Source of the DNA: an uncultured Planctomycetia bacterium
GTDB taxonomy: Bacteria; Planctomycetota; Planctomycetia; Pirellulales; Thermoguttaceae
DNA: 64,000 nucleotides
Assembly (NCBI GenBank): GCA_963719885.1
Contig: CAVRDP010000030.1
Coordinates: 66,250-130,249, forward strand
Reading direction: 5' to 3'
Part shown: piece after piece, positions 18,275 to 29,843 of the stretch
Position numbering within the stretch: the first letter of the stretch is position 1
How the letters are laid out: each line of letters begins with the position of its first letter
Program-made: the position numbers and the translations under genes
Notes under the pieces: generated by a model
What the model was told of the DNA's origin: nothing
Database searches by the model: none
What the model saw: only the letters and a program-made list of their open reading frames with translations

Positions 18275-21200
18275 TCACTCTTCTTGAAAAACCCAACGGC
18301 CCCAGAGGCTTGGGGCCAGCATGGCCTCGCTGGGCACGTCGCTGGTGATGCCGGTGGCCTTGTTGCTCCAATAGACGCGCTGCAAGGTTTGGAACCAGTT
18401 ACCGCGGAGGATGCCCAAGTCGGCGCGAATCGCCTGGCCGGACGCCGGCTTCAGACCCAAGACGGCCAGCGGGATCGACAACTCGTAGTTTCCCTCGGCC
18501 GCCGCGAATTGCAACTGGTCGCTCACATCGTCCACGCGATCGATGGTGATGGTCCGCCACGGCGAGGAGAAGGGCACCGGTTCTTTCGTGCCCGGCACGA
18601 CCGGTCGATAGATCAGCCCGCGCGGTTTCCCGTGGGCCAGCGTCACCAACAGCCGCAGGTCGCCCTGCACGGGGTCCTGCCGGGCGTTGCCGGCGTGGGG
18701 GTCGGCGCCGATCATGAGGTCCAGCCCGCCACCGCTCTTGAAGGGCGCCAGGGGCGTTTCACCGCTGTTCTGCAACAGGTTCGGATCGCCCGTGCGAAAG
18801 GCCGCGTACAGCCGGTCGCCGGCCACGGCCACTGCGGCGGTGACGTCGTACGGCCTGCTATGGCTGTCGAAGAAGGCGGCCACTCCGCTCTTGTCGACGG
18901 TGGCCCAGGCAGCGCCGGCCCAGTCGTCCAGCTTGCCGTCGACCGTGGGGGCGACTTTGCGCAAGGGCACGCGGAGCGTGGGCCGGCCCTGCTCGCGCTG
19001 CCGCTGAAGCTCGCCTTGCACCAGGTACTCCTGGGCGCGCTTGAGGTCCTGTGGACTCACGCGGAGCGAGCTTTCGGCCAGGCGGCGAATTCGCTCCAGC
19101 CCCTCGACACGCACCAGGCTTGTCCGCGCGCCGTCGACGACGTAGATCTTGCCGTCACTGGTCTGCGTGATCGACGGCCAGAAATTCTCGTCGTGCAGGC
19201 TCACGTCGTTCAACTGCATGCCGCGCTGCGCGATAGGCATGGCCCAGGAACGGCCGCGGCGGACGTCGCGGAACAACTCGGCCACGAACAGGCCGTCGGC
19301 AGTGAAAAGATAGATGTTCCCCTGGTTGCCGTTGACGGCCCACAGCGGCCCGGCATCGCCGGCCCGCGGCGTGACAAAACCACCCAGGAGGCGCGTGGTG
19401 CCGATCAACTCGCCCGGCCGATCGGGCGAAGGCGATTCGTGCGAGGCGTGCAACCCGGGCCAGAGGTCCGGGTACGACCATCGCGGCTGGCCCCGATAGG
19501 CGCCGCCCAGCGATTGCGGGGCGAACGGCTTGGGCGCCACGGTCAGGATCGTCCAGCCGCTGGGGTCCACCAGGGCCTGGTCGCCGCCGGACGACGTGGG
19601 GGCTTGGCGCCCTTCGACCAGCGTCTCCGCCGCTGCCAAATCGTAGAGCGGCGCGCCTGCGGCGCTGAACCGTTGCGGCACGTAGCGCACCGCACGGCTA
19701 TCAACGCGCGAAACCACGACCGACAAATCGGGCATCACCGTCAAGCCGCCGGACGATGCCTTCAGGAACGTCACTTCCTCCGGTTGCACCTGGCCGTCGC
19801 CGTTGCGGTCCGACCAGGCAAACAGCAGCTCCGTGGACCAGCGGCCGTTGCGAAGCTCGACTCCGGCGGGCAGCCGCGGCTTGAAGGCCTCGGTCTTCAG
19901 CAGGCTCCAATCGTCGGCACGGCCCAGGGCGGCTACCGGAACGGCGATTCCTTGCCGATCCAACCAGAGCATCACCAGGCTCGCGCCGTTGGTCGGATTG
20001 CTGTTGTAACAATTGGTGAAATAGCGGCGCACTCCGGACGCAGTCGCCCGATAGATCGGCATTTCCGGCTCTCCCCCGACGCCGAAGCCGTTGGGCAGGC
20101 CAAGGTCCCCGGGCTGCGGACGGAAAAAGACCCGTACAAGCTTGTCAACGCCTCGACGCCAGTCGAGTTCGAACTCCATGCCATGATAGTAAAAGCGCGT
20201 CTTATCCACTGGATCGAGTTTGCCGCCTCCGCCGTATTCCGAGGGGCCGTAGAAGGCCCGGATCAGGTGGCCGTCGAGCGTCCAGACGCTGACCCGCTTG
20301 GGTTGGAAATCGGTCTCAGCCACCCACAAATGCCCGTCGCTGTCGATGGTCAACCCGTTGGGATTGTTGATGTGCAACCGATTGTAGGGACCGGCCTTCG
20401 GTGCGCCCGCAGCACCGATGACGCGGAGCGGCTTGCCGGCCGGATCGAAGACCTTGACCTGGTGGCTGTTGCCGCGGTCGCTGACGTACAGATTTCCTTC
20501 CGCGTCCAGGCGCAACGTGCTGCGGATCTTCCAGCCCGGTGGCCACGAGCACGTCGGGGGCGGGAAGCTTCTTGCCGACCGTCGCTGGCAGCCGGTAGCG
20601 ATGCAGTTGCTTGCCGGTCAGGGCCAGCAGCCGTCCTTGGCCGTCGAAGGCCAGGCCGCGGGGATCGCTGAGCGGAACCGCGGTGAGGAGCTTGCCTGCC
20701 TTGGCGTCGACCAGCAACAATTCGTTCTGCTTGGGCAGACTGCACGCCAGCAGCCCGTCGTGGATGGCCAGTCCGGTCAGGGCCGAGGCGTCCTTGCCGC
20801 CGGGGAACGAGTACTTGATCACCGGTTTGTCGCCTGTGCGGGTGACGGCGGTGAGCCGCAGTTCACCCTCCCAGGCCGAGCCGGCGTAGACGTAAACGCC
20901 GTCCACCGCCTGCGGGCCGGCATCGCGGGCCAGGTAGGGAGCGCCGGTCCAAGCCCCGCCGACCCAGCCGACGCCGCCTTGCTTGTGGCCCTCCAGGTCG
21001 ACCCAAGCCAGGCCATCGCCGCCTTCGCTCACGTAACTGCCCAGATACACCAGCGGCCGGCCGCCGGGGGCCTTGTCGCCGGGCACGAAGAGCGCGCTGC
21101 TCGGCGGCGTGTGGTTCGTCAGCCAACCGCCCGTATGGTCCGCGGTGGACCAGGCGGGGCTGCCGGCGTTGTAAATTGCAAACTCATCGCGCAAGTCGAT

Positions 21201-22580
21201 CCCCGCATGACACAAACCGCGGACGCGGTACGTGCCCGGGGCCACCAACTGCGCCGGGACGTGATAGACGCCATGCCGAGCGGCATCGGCATCGCGGGCC
21301 AGATCGTCGGTGGCATCCCACCACACGGTGTTAGGCCCGGCGGGAAACAGTGTCTCGCTCACGAGATTCCGCACTCGGCCTTCGGCCGACTCGATGACCA
21401 AGGTCACGTAGCCCGGCGAGTCGAGCGTGAATCGTACAGGGATCGGTCCATGGACGGCGGCGGAGGGCGCCGGCCGTTGCGGATAGGACGTTTCCAGCGG
21501 CGCATCGCCCAGTTGGCGCAAGGCGAGCAACTCGCCGAGCCAGACCCGTCGGCCGTTGTAGGTCTTTCCCACGAGGTGCGGGTGGCTTTCCTTGGTGGCC
21601 TGGGTGATCCGCAGGCGGATGGCCCGCGTCGTCAGGGTTTGCCCCAAATCCAGCCAGTTGACACCCAGCCCGCGGGGATATTGGTTCTCGAGGCCTTGCC
21701 AGTCTTTGACGGTGCGCCAGTCGGTCTCGGCGGCCTCGCGTGGCGGGCGATCGGCGGGGCCTTCATAACTCTGTACTTCGGCGGTCGCGAAGCCGGCCCA
21801 CAGGGCGCCGAGGGCACGGATCGCCACCGGCCGCGGCCAGGCCAGCAGCACGTCCACCGGATGCTGTGGCGAGACCGGCTGCGGGCTGCCTTCCGGACCG
21901 TTGTCCCACGCGGCCCATATACCGTTATTGCTTTCATCGTTGATCCGAGCGACCGCCTCGCCGTTGGCGTCGGTCGCGGCGATGGCCGCCGGCGCCACGT
22001 TGGCCATCCGCTCGGCGAAGACGTAGGCCCCGCCCAGCCAACCCGCGAAACGGCTGTCAACGGGCCCGGCCGTGTGCGTGAAACGCAGCGCCCGCGTCTG
22101 CGCGGCCTTGGGGAAAACCCAAAGCACGTACTGCTCATCGGCCGTCTTGAGATCGGCGGCCGGGGGCCGGGCGATGTGCTCGGCGGGCATCCATTGCGAC
22201 TCGTCGGCCAGGTCGCCCGGGTAGGCGGCCGTGGGCCGAAGCATGCTCACTTGCCCGCCGCCGCGAACGAGCACCGAACCCACGGTGATTGGGGTCTTGA
22301 CGGCGATGCGGAGATGTCGCGGCCCGGGGATCTTCGAATCGCCGAAGAGCACGCCGTCCCACTCGGGCTGCGTGGCGGAGGTCCAGACGACATGGCGCGG
22401 GCCGTCGCGTTGGGGCATCGGCTTTTCGACGCCATCGACCCATTGCACGAAGGCAACGGGGTCGAGATTGTCGGCTCTCAGCGGCGTGACGAGCGGCCCG
22501 GCCGGCTCGACTTGGCCAAGGGCCCACGGCGCTCGTACGGCAAGGGAGAGAAACAGCGTGACGAAAACGACATATTTCAT
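18275..22580 (-). CDS. Large (~1430 aa) exported protein with NHL-type beta-propeller repeats; one frameshift as assembled (~20520)
   Basis: ORF 20316..22580 (signal MKYVVFVTLFLSLAVRAPWALG) continues into ORF 18275..20515 (DAEGNLYVSDRGNSHQVKVFDPAGKP, NPNGLTIDSDGHLWVAE). The C-terminal DGKLDDWAGAAW region looks like a carbohydrate-binding/DOMON-type module. Function unknown. Confidence 0.65.
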
Positions 22581-22589
22581 CGGAATTGA

Positions 22590-23564
22590 CTATTTTGGCG
22601 GGATGCACTGCAAGGCCTTGGCCGCAGCGGCGCGGACGGCCTCCTGCGGATCGCTGGCGGCGGTCTCCAGCGCGGAACGGGCCGATTGGGCCTCGGCGCC
22701 CAGGTTCCCCAACGCGCGGGCGGCGGCACGGCGAACGGCGGGACTGTGGTCCGTGAGTGCGGCAATCAAGGGCCGCACCGCGTCCGGCCCCATCCAACTC
22801 AAGGCCTCGATGACCAGGCGGCGGACATCGGCATCGGGGTCATGCAGGGCCTTGGACTTCTGCAGGGCCGGAAATGCGGCTTTGCCCAACTGCCCCAACG
22901 AACGGGCGGCCGCGCGGCGAACATCGGCCGATGGTCCGTGCAAGGCTTCAATCAGTGCCGGAGCGGTCCTTTCCGATTCTTGCTCGATATGGCCCAGGGC
23001 GACGGCCGCGGCATACGCCTGCGACGAACTGCCGTGGCGAAGCATCTCGATTAGTGCCGGCAGGGCCTTGGGATGGCGATCGATTTTCCAGAGGGCCAGG
23101 GCCGCATTGACGGGCGTTATTTCGTCGTCATTTTTCAGCATCTCGAGTAGTGCCTTCACGGCCGGCTTCGCCGCGGGACCGAAATTGCCCAGGGCCTCCG
23201 CCGCGCTGCGGCGCACGGCGAGAAGCGTCGTCGAGTGCAGCGTTTCGATCAAGACAGGTATCTCCCGCTCGGCGGCAGGGCCAATGCGACCCAGGGCCCA
23301 GGCGGCCATACTCCGCGAGTATTCGTTGTTGTATTCGTTGCGGGCGTTGACATCCACCAGGACCGCGTGCAAGGCCGGCACCGCTGCCGCCGCTTTGGGA
23401 CCGAGCGTTCCCAAGATGTATGCCGCATGCCATTGTTCGCGGAACTCCGTGGACTTCAGTTGGTCGGCCCAATGCTCAACGGCCTTGCCGTCCGGCCCGA
23501 CCGGCGGTTGGGCGGCTGCCGTGGATGGAAGCCAGAGAAGGATCAGGGCAACGAGCGGTTTCAC
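22590..23564 (-). CDS. HEAT-repeat protein (exported)
   Basis: 324-aa intact ORF with a signal peptide. Repeated AVPALIEAL...D..VRRAAA.ALG motifs. ATGA overlap with the upstream kinase gene. Confidence 0.8.
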   Translation of the reverse strand: MKPLVALILLWLPSTAAAQPPVGPDGKAVEHWADQLKSTEFREQWHAAYILGTLGPKAAAAVPALHAVLVDVNARNEYNNEYSRSMAAWALGRIGPAAEREIPVLIETLHSTTLLAVRRSAAEALGNFGPAAKPAVKALLEMLKNDDEITPVNAALALWKIDRHPKALPALIEMLRHGSSSQAYAAAVALGHIEQESERTAPALIEALHGPSADVRRAAARSLGQLGKAAFPALQKSKALHDPDADVRRLVIEALSWMGPDAVRPLIAALTDHSPAVRRAAARALGNLGAEAQSARSALETAASDPQEAVRAAAAKALQCIPPK

Positions 23565-26462
23565 TTCAGGTTCAACTCGTCTTTCTCGGGCGCCGTACGG
23601 CCCTTCTGTTGTTTGCCCTTGGCGTTCTTCTTCGTCCCGCCGGCCTTCGGCTCCTCGACCTCACCGCTTTGGAAGATGACGACTTTGGGCGACTTCTCGT
23701 CGTCGGTCTCGCTCATGGCAGCGTAGACGCGGAAGGGAATCGAGGCCTTCTGGTTCAACTCGGTCGCCAACTCTCCCAGGGCCTTCAGTTCGTCCCTGGT
23801 GGTTTTCGCCCTCTCGATCTGTGCCTGCATATTCTTCTTATTGGGGTTCTTGTCGGAATCGGTCGCCATGAGGTATGAACCAACGCGGGCGGCAGCTACC
23901 TGTAGATTCGTATAGTTGAGCGGCACATTCAACATATCGCAACCTTCCTGCACGTCGAGTTGCACGTCTTTGGCGTGCGTCTCAAACGTGATGCCAAGAA
24001 AGATCCGCGGGGTTTTCTCCTTCATGAACACCACAAAAACGTGGCCTTTGGCGGGCACCTTGTCGCCCTTGACCGCTTCCGTCGGCTTGCCGTGCGCCGG
24101 CCGGCCGCCGTGCGTCTTGGCCTCCAGGATCTTGAAATCGTGTTTCGGCAGGGCTGGATCCAAAGGCAGGACCTGCAGGCGGAGCAGGCTCAAGTCGGGC
24201 AAGGGGAAGTCTCTCGACAATCGCGTGCGGGAAGCGCCCGAATCGATGTCGATCATCAACGGCGCAACGATCTTCGGGGCGCTCAAAGCGATGAAATGCG
24301 TCTTCTTCTCACAGGAGAACTGCAGGCCGCAGTAGCGGACCAGCGTGGCTTTGTCCAGCGTGGGTTTGTCCTTCGCTTCGACCGCCCATTGGATTTTCCA
24401 TTCGTTTCCTTCCGGCCAGACCCGGGCGATCTTCACGGCCTCTTTATTCTTCCCGGCCATCTCGATCGACCAGCCCGGAGTTGCGCCATCGCCGTCTTTC
24501 TGCAACTCAAACTTGGATTTGCCCTTGGCGACAAGGTCGCCACCGAGCAACTGGACGCCGAGAGTCAGTTTGGGATCGAGGTCGAGTTTACCCAGAGAAA
24601 CGGCTTCGTTGGCGCCCTTGCCGCCGGGCGGCGGCAAGTCGACTGCCTTCTCGAGGCCATCCAGCGAGACCGGCTTGGGGGGCTCGGGCTTCTTGATGGG
24701 CGGTTCCGGCTTTTTCTCGGGCGGTTCCGGCTTCTTTTCGAGCGGCGCTGGCGTGGCGGGCGTCTTAGGAGCGGTGTTCGCGTCCGATTTCGCGGGTGGC
24801 GCGAACGTCAGTCTTGCTGGGGGTCTTGGGTGCCGACTTGTCGGGTTCGGTCAGCTTAAGCGGAACAGTTCTCGACGGCTTTTCGGCGGGATATTTTGGC
24901 TCCTTGGGCGTCTCCGTCTTCCCTCCGGACGTATCATTATCGCGCAAACCTTTGGATCCATCCGATTTCTTCTCTTCTGACTTGTCGGGCGGGGGGCCCA
25001 CGTCCGGTTCGATCGGACCTTTCGGCTCCTCTTGCTTTGCCTTTACCGCGAGTTGCTGCGCAGGCTTGGAATGCGATAGCAGGAAAGGTAGCGCCGCGAG
25101 TCCTGCCGCCACGGCGAGCAACAATATGCCGCCAGCGGCCCCCACGATCTTTCGCTTCGTGGTGTTGAACCAAGCGAGTCTTGCCCGGCCGAAGGCCAAC
25201 ACAGCGGCCAGGGCGGCGGCGATTCCACCGCTGGACTGGCCTTTTTTGTTTTGTTGCTTGCCGGACTTGGGCGGCTTCACCGCGGGCGCGGCCGAGGCAG
25301 CCGTTTTTTCGCCGTTGGTGGGCGCGTCCGACTTCAACTGCGTCGTAAGGGACGACAACCAGTCGTCGGCCGCAGCGGCATTTTCCACCGGCTTTACGGA
25401 CTGCGGCAGGCGACCGCCCGTGGCGCCGTCGGTCGTACCCTGCCAAGGCGCCAGGGCCGCGCTCACCTCTTGCATCGTTTGATAACGGTTCTCCGGCTCC
25501 TTGGCCATCATCCGCTTGCAGATCTCGACCAACTCCGGCGGAGTGTCGGGCCGCTCGAGCAGAACGTCGCGGGGTTCCTGCGTCTGATGTTTGACGATCC
25601 GTTGCGCGAGCGTGCCTTCCGGAAAGGGCGGATGCCCCGTGAGCAGAGAGTACAGCGTGCAGCCCAGGGAATAGATGTCGGCGCGGTGATCGAAGTTCGG
25701 CGTTTCCAGGGCCTGCTCGGGGGCCATGTAATCGACGGTCCCAAAGGCCGTTTCGCCCGCCGCTCCCCCGCGGGGTTCGTCGCTGCGGTTCAGGCGGGCC
25801 AGGCCCAGGTCGAGAATCTTGATCACACCCCGGTTGTTCACCAGCAGGTTCGAGGGCTTGATGTCGCAGTGGACGAGGTTGCGGGCGTGGGCGTGGGCCA
25901 GTCCCTCGGCGGCCTGGCGGACATAGTCTGCCGCATGGTCGAAGTCCATCGGCCCGTCGAGTTCCAACGTCCGTTGCAGATCCTGGCCGTCGACGAATTC
26001 CATGACGATGAAATAGCGGTCCATTTCATTGTCGACGCTATAGGCCTGCACGATATTGGGATGGTCGAGCGCGGCGATCGCGGCGGCCTCGGCGAAGAAG
26101 CGGCTGAGCGAGGCCGGATCTTGGTCGATCGAGCGGGGGACGATCTTCAAGGCCACGCGGCGATTCATCGTCACGTGCTCGGCGAGGAAGACGGTGCCCA
26201 TGCCGCCTTTGCCCAAGCGCTGAATAAGTTTGTACTTGCCCAGGCGGAGTTGTGCCCTTTGACCCAGGGCCAAGAGCGTGCTGGCCTGCCAGCGGCTGAC
26301 AAGATTTTCGCGGGCCAGGGCCCGAGCCAGCCCGGCTGCATCGGATGATTCACCGGCGAGACGCTGAGCTTCGCCAAGCTGAGCCGAGCCAAGCAGCTTG
26401 CTTTTTTCCAGCGCCGACAGATATTCGTCCACCGTCGTGCAAACGGCCATGATTTCCTTCAC
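23561..26462 (-). CDS. Ser/Thr protein kinase with TM segment and large extracytoplasmic C-terminal domain; one frameshift as assembled (~24805)
   Basis: ORF 24765..26462 has Hanks kinase motifs (GKGGMGTVFLA, HCDIKPSNLL, DLGLA, DYMAPE), a TM helix (IVGAAGGILLLAVAAGLAALPFLL) and a Lys/Pro-rich linker. The reading continues (PPAKSDANTAPKTPATPAPLEKKPEPPEKK...) into ORF 23561..24637. Confidence 0.85.
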
Positions 26463-26845
26463 GCCCCCTTCCGTTGGGGTTTCTTATGGCGGCCTAGCGG
26501 TCTATTAACCTATCTCTAATCTACCAGAAAATCGTATCGTCCACCAGGATACAATATTTTGGTACACAATCCTATCCGCGCAAACAACAGGCTTCAAGCA
26601 TTCGCCGGATTTCCTCGGGGACGATTTGGGGGGTTACAGGGATAGTTTCGACCCGGGTGCCAAGTTCCTGGTAGTAATTCAGGAGGCGAACCGTTCTTGG
26701 GGAAAAATGGCCAATTTTCTCAACGACGCGTCACATTCTCGAGTAGGTCCCCTTGCCGAGAGGACTAATCTGCCGGGGGGCCAGGTGAAAAACTCCAAGT
26801 TCCCCGGCGGAACCTCGCACAATAGTCCCTCCCGGCAGGAGAGAC

Positions 26846-27953
26846 CTACTCGCCGCAGGTTTCCGCCAACTCGCGAAGATACTCGATCGCTTCATCCAAT
26901 TCCGAGGTCTCGATGCCCCGTTGTCGGCCATTGCGATCGCAGCGGGCTAGGAGTTTCAGCTCTTCGAAGTCTTCCGATGTCTCCAGCCGCCGCCGTGCGC
27001 GGAGGCCCAAGGCGCCGTCGAGTAGTTCCTGACCTTCGATATGGTGGGCGATGAACCAGGCAGTCCGCGGCGTGATATGCTCTGCCAGGGCCTCCAGGCC
27101 GGCGGCCACGTGGTCCTGGCGGTCGATCGCCTTGCCGACGTCGTGCAAGAGGGCCGCCAGCAGAAACTCTTCGTCGTACGGTAGTTCATCGCGGGCCAGA
27201 TCAAAGACCTGGAGGCTGTGATACAAGGCGTCGCCTTCGGGATGATACTGCGGGCTTTCCTTGACGTTCTCCAGGGGCAACAACAGCATCTCGTAGATCT
27301 GGAAGCGGTCGATCCGGCTTTCGGCCTCCAGGACCGACTGGTCGAGCGAGATGCCCGGATACTCCCGGGCCAGCAGTTGCTCGAGCTCGGCAATGCTGGC
27401 CCGTTCGATGGCCTTGCCGGTGATCGAGCTCTTGAAGACGTAATGGGCCTTGTCGCCGGGATAGATGGTCAGCTCGAAGGGGAAGCGGTCGAGGACGTGG
27501 ATGTGGACGAAGATCCGCTCTTCGCCATGTTTGCGGACCTGCTTGCGCTCGACCTCATAGGAAAAGCCCTGCTCGTCGAGGACGGCGGCCACCGACTCAA
27601 CGCTGTCGGAAAAGACGTGCAAGTCGATGTCGGAGCCGCGGCGGACGTGGCCGGTCAGGGTGCTGCCGATGAGCCGGGGCCGGAAGGTTCTTGAGAATCC
27701 GCATCATGCGGAGGGCCTCGAGGCGCATGTCGCGGAGGTTTTCCGTCCGCCGCTGGCCTTCGTGAAGTTGCGCCCAGACCTGGATCTGGTCGCGGATTTC
27801 GCGGTTGCTGGGCAGGTCGCTGGGCTTGAAGTCGCCGCGCGTGATGCGCCGGGCCGCTTTGAGTTTTGCGCGGAAGTACTCGGTTTCCTCGCGCTCGTAC
27901 ATCAGCCGGGCGGCATCGCAAGCCACCTGGCGACGGATCTTGTCGCTGGACAT
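26846..27953 (-). CDS. Nucleotidyltransferase-domain plus HD-domain protein; one frameshift as assembled (GGGG run 27676-27679)
   Basis: ATG at 27953 (MSSDKIRRQV...). RLIGSTLTGHVRRGSDIDLHVF is the NTase motif. HPEGDALYHSLQV...LLHDVGK is the HD motif. Built from ORFs 27597..28274 and 26846..27622. Confidence 0.7.
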
Positions 27954-28189
27954 CCTTTGGCGCCGTACATGAGCGGCGCACGGTACTGGGAATTGGAGAC
28001 GGGTATACTTGGAGCATACACGCGCCGTGGCGGAAAGGCAAGTGCGGGCTGCGAAATCGGCCCAGTTGAAACGGATTGAATTCCGTCCTACGATAATTGG
28101 ACAGTGATAACTCGGTATTCGATCCAGACCCCAACCGCCTTGCGCGGTTGGTGAATCAGGTTGACGGCTAACGAGGCTCCCGGGAAATG

Positions 28190-28242
28190 TCTCTCCTTTC
28201 CCACGCCTGCCGCCGGAGGCGGCAGGCGTGGGAAAGGAGAGA
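28190..28242. repeat. Perfect 25-bp inverted repeat with 3-nt loop
   Basis: TCTCTCCTTTCCCACGCCTGCCGCC-gga-GGCGGCAGGCGTGGGAAAGGAGAGA. Lies in the divergent intergenic region between the HD-domain gene and glpK. Confidence 0.9.
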
Positions 28243-28343
28243 CGGGGATCGTCGGCAATTCCTATAGCTGCCAACGTGATTCACCATCCAGGCAAGCTGG
28301 ATGGGGTCTTTCCAGGCATTTCACAGGACCCCAACTCGCCGCT

Positions 28344-29834
28344 ATGCCCCAATACATCCTTGCCCTCGACCAGGGCACCACCTCGAGCCGGGCGATCGTT
28401 TTCGATCATGCCGGGCAGATCGTCGCCTCCGCCCAAGAGGAGTTCCCGCAGATCCTGCCGGCCCCGGGCATCGTGGAACACGACCCCGAGGCGATCTGGT
28501 CGTCGCAATTGGAAACGGCCCGGCGGGCCCTCGCCCATGCATCGCTGGCCGCCGGCGATCTGGCAGCGGTGGGCGTGACCAACCAGCGCGAGACGACGGT
28601 CCTTTGGGACCGGCAGACCGGCCGGTCCGTCGCCCCCGCTATCGTTTGGCAGAGCCGCGTCAGTACCGGGATCTGCGACCGCTTGCAGGCCGAGGGCCTG
28701 GAAGAGACCTTTCGGGCCAAGACGGGCCTTGTGGTCGATGCCTATTTCTCCGGCACGAAGATCACGCACCTGCTGGATACGTACGACGGCCTCCGCAGCC
28801 GCGCCGAACAGGGCGAGGTGCTTTTCGGCACGGTCGATTCGTGGCTCCTCTGGCGATTGACCGGCGGTCGCGTGCACGCCACCGACTACAGCAACGCCAG
28901 CCGCACGCTGCTTTACAATATCCACACCCTGGATTGGGACGACGAACTGCTGCGGATCCTCCGCGTACCGCGGGCCATGTTGCCGGAGGTACGCTGCTCG
29001 AGCGAGGTCTACGGCCAGACGATCGACGAGTGGTTTGGCGGTCCCGTGCCCATAGCCGCGGTGGCCGGCGATCAGCAGGCGGCCACGTTCGGCCAGGCCT
29101 GCTTCTCGCCCGGCATGGCCAAGAATACCTACGGTACGGGCTGTTTCCTGTTGATGAACACGGGCGATGCGCCCATTGAGTCGCGGCATCGCCTGCTGAC
29201 CACGATCGGTTGGGGCATCGATGGCCGGATCACCTATTGCCTCGAAGGTTCCGTGTTCATTGGCGGAGCGGTCGTGCAGTGGCTCCGCGACGGTCTAGGA
29301 CTGATCGCCAGCTCGGCGGAAGTCGAGACGCTTGCCGGTCAGGTGGCCGATAGCGGCGACGTTTATTTCGTGCCGGCGTTTGTCGGCTTGGGGGCGCCGT
29401 ATTGGGATCCCTACTCCCGCGGGACGATTCTGGGCATCACCCGCGGCACGACGGCGGCCCACCTTGCCCGAGCGGCGCTGGAGTCGATGGCCTATCAAAC
29501 CCGCGATGTTTTGGAAGCGATGCAGAAGGACGCCGGCATTGCGTTGGCCGCATTGAAGGTCGATGGCGGGGCGTCGGTCAACCATCTGCTGATGCAGTTC
29601 CAGGCCGATGTCTTGGGCGTGCCCGTCTGCCGGCCTGCCGTGGCCGAGACGACGGCCCTCGGGGCGGCCTACCTGGCCGGGCTGGCCGTCGGGTATTGGC
29701 AGGACTTGGACGAACTGACGAGGAATTGGGCCATGCAGTGCGAGTATATGCCGAGGATGGCCGCCGCCGAGCGCGATGCGAAATACGGTCGCTGGCTCAA
29801 GGCCGTGGAAAGGTCGCTGCGCTGGACGGAGTAG
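28344..29834 (+). CDS. glpK: Glycerol kinase
   Basis: 497-aa intact [51 protein letters not shown] and KVDGGAS are all typical GlpK motifs. Confidence 0.95.
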   Translation: MPQYILALDQGTTSSRAIVFDHAGQIVASAQEEFPQILPAPGIVEHDPEAIWSSQLETARRALAHASLAAGDLAAVGVTNQRETTVLWDRQTGRSVAPAIVWQSRVSTGICDRLQAEGLEETFRAKTGLVVDAYFSGTKITHLLDTYDGLRSRAEQGEVLFGTVDSWLLWRLTGGRVHATDYSNASRTLLYNIHTLDWDDELLRILRVPRAMLPEVRCSSEVYGQTIDEWFGGPVPIAAVAGDQQAATFGQACFSPGMAKNTYGTGCFLLMNTGDAPIESRHRLLTTIGWGIDGRITYCLEGSVFIGGAVVQWLRDGLGLIASSAEVETLAGQVADSGDVYFVPAFVGLGAPYWDPYSRGTILGITRGTTAAHLARAALESMAYQTRDVLEAMQKDAGIALAALKVDGGASVNHLLMQFQADVLGVPVCRPAVAETTALGAAYLAGLAVGYWQDLDELTRNWAMQCEYMPRMAAAERDAKYGRWLKAVERSLRWTE

Positions 29835-29843
29835 AATGGAACT

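Noticed and set aside
14800-22589. Very long + strand ORFs (14800..17241, 813 aa; 18257..20671, 804 aa; 20418..22589, 723 aa).
   Set aside because: They are antisense shadows of recognisable minus-strand genes in a high-GC genome. The translations are Arg/Ala/Gly/Pro-rich with no domain signatures.
26463-26845. Relatively AT-rich intergenic region upstream of the kinase as an ncRNA gene.
   Set aside because: I could not recognise any known RNA family motif or a strong conserved-looking structure. It is most simply a promoter/leader region.
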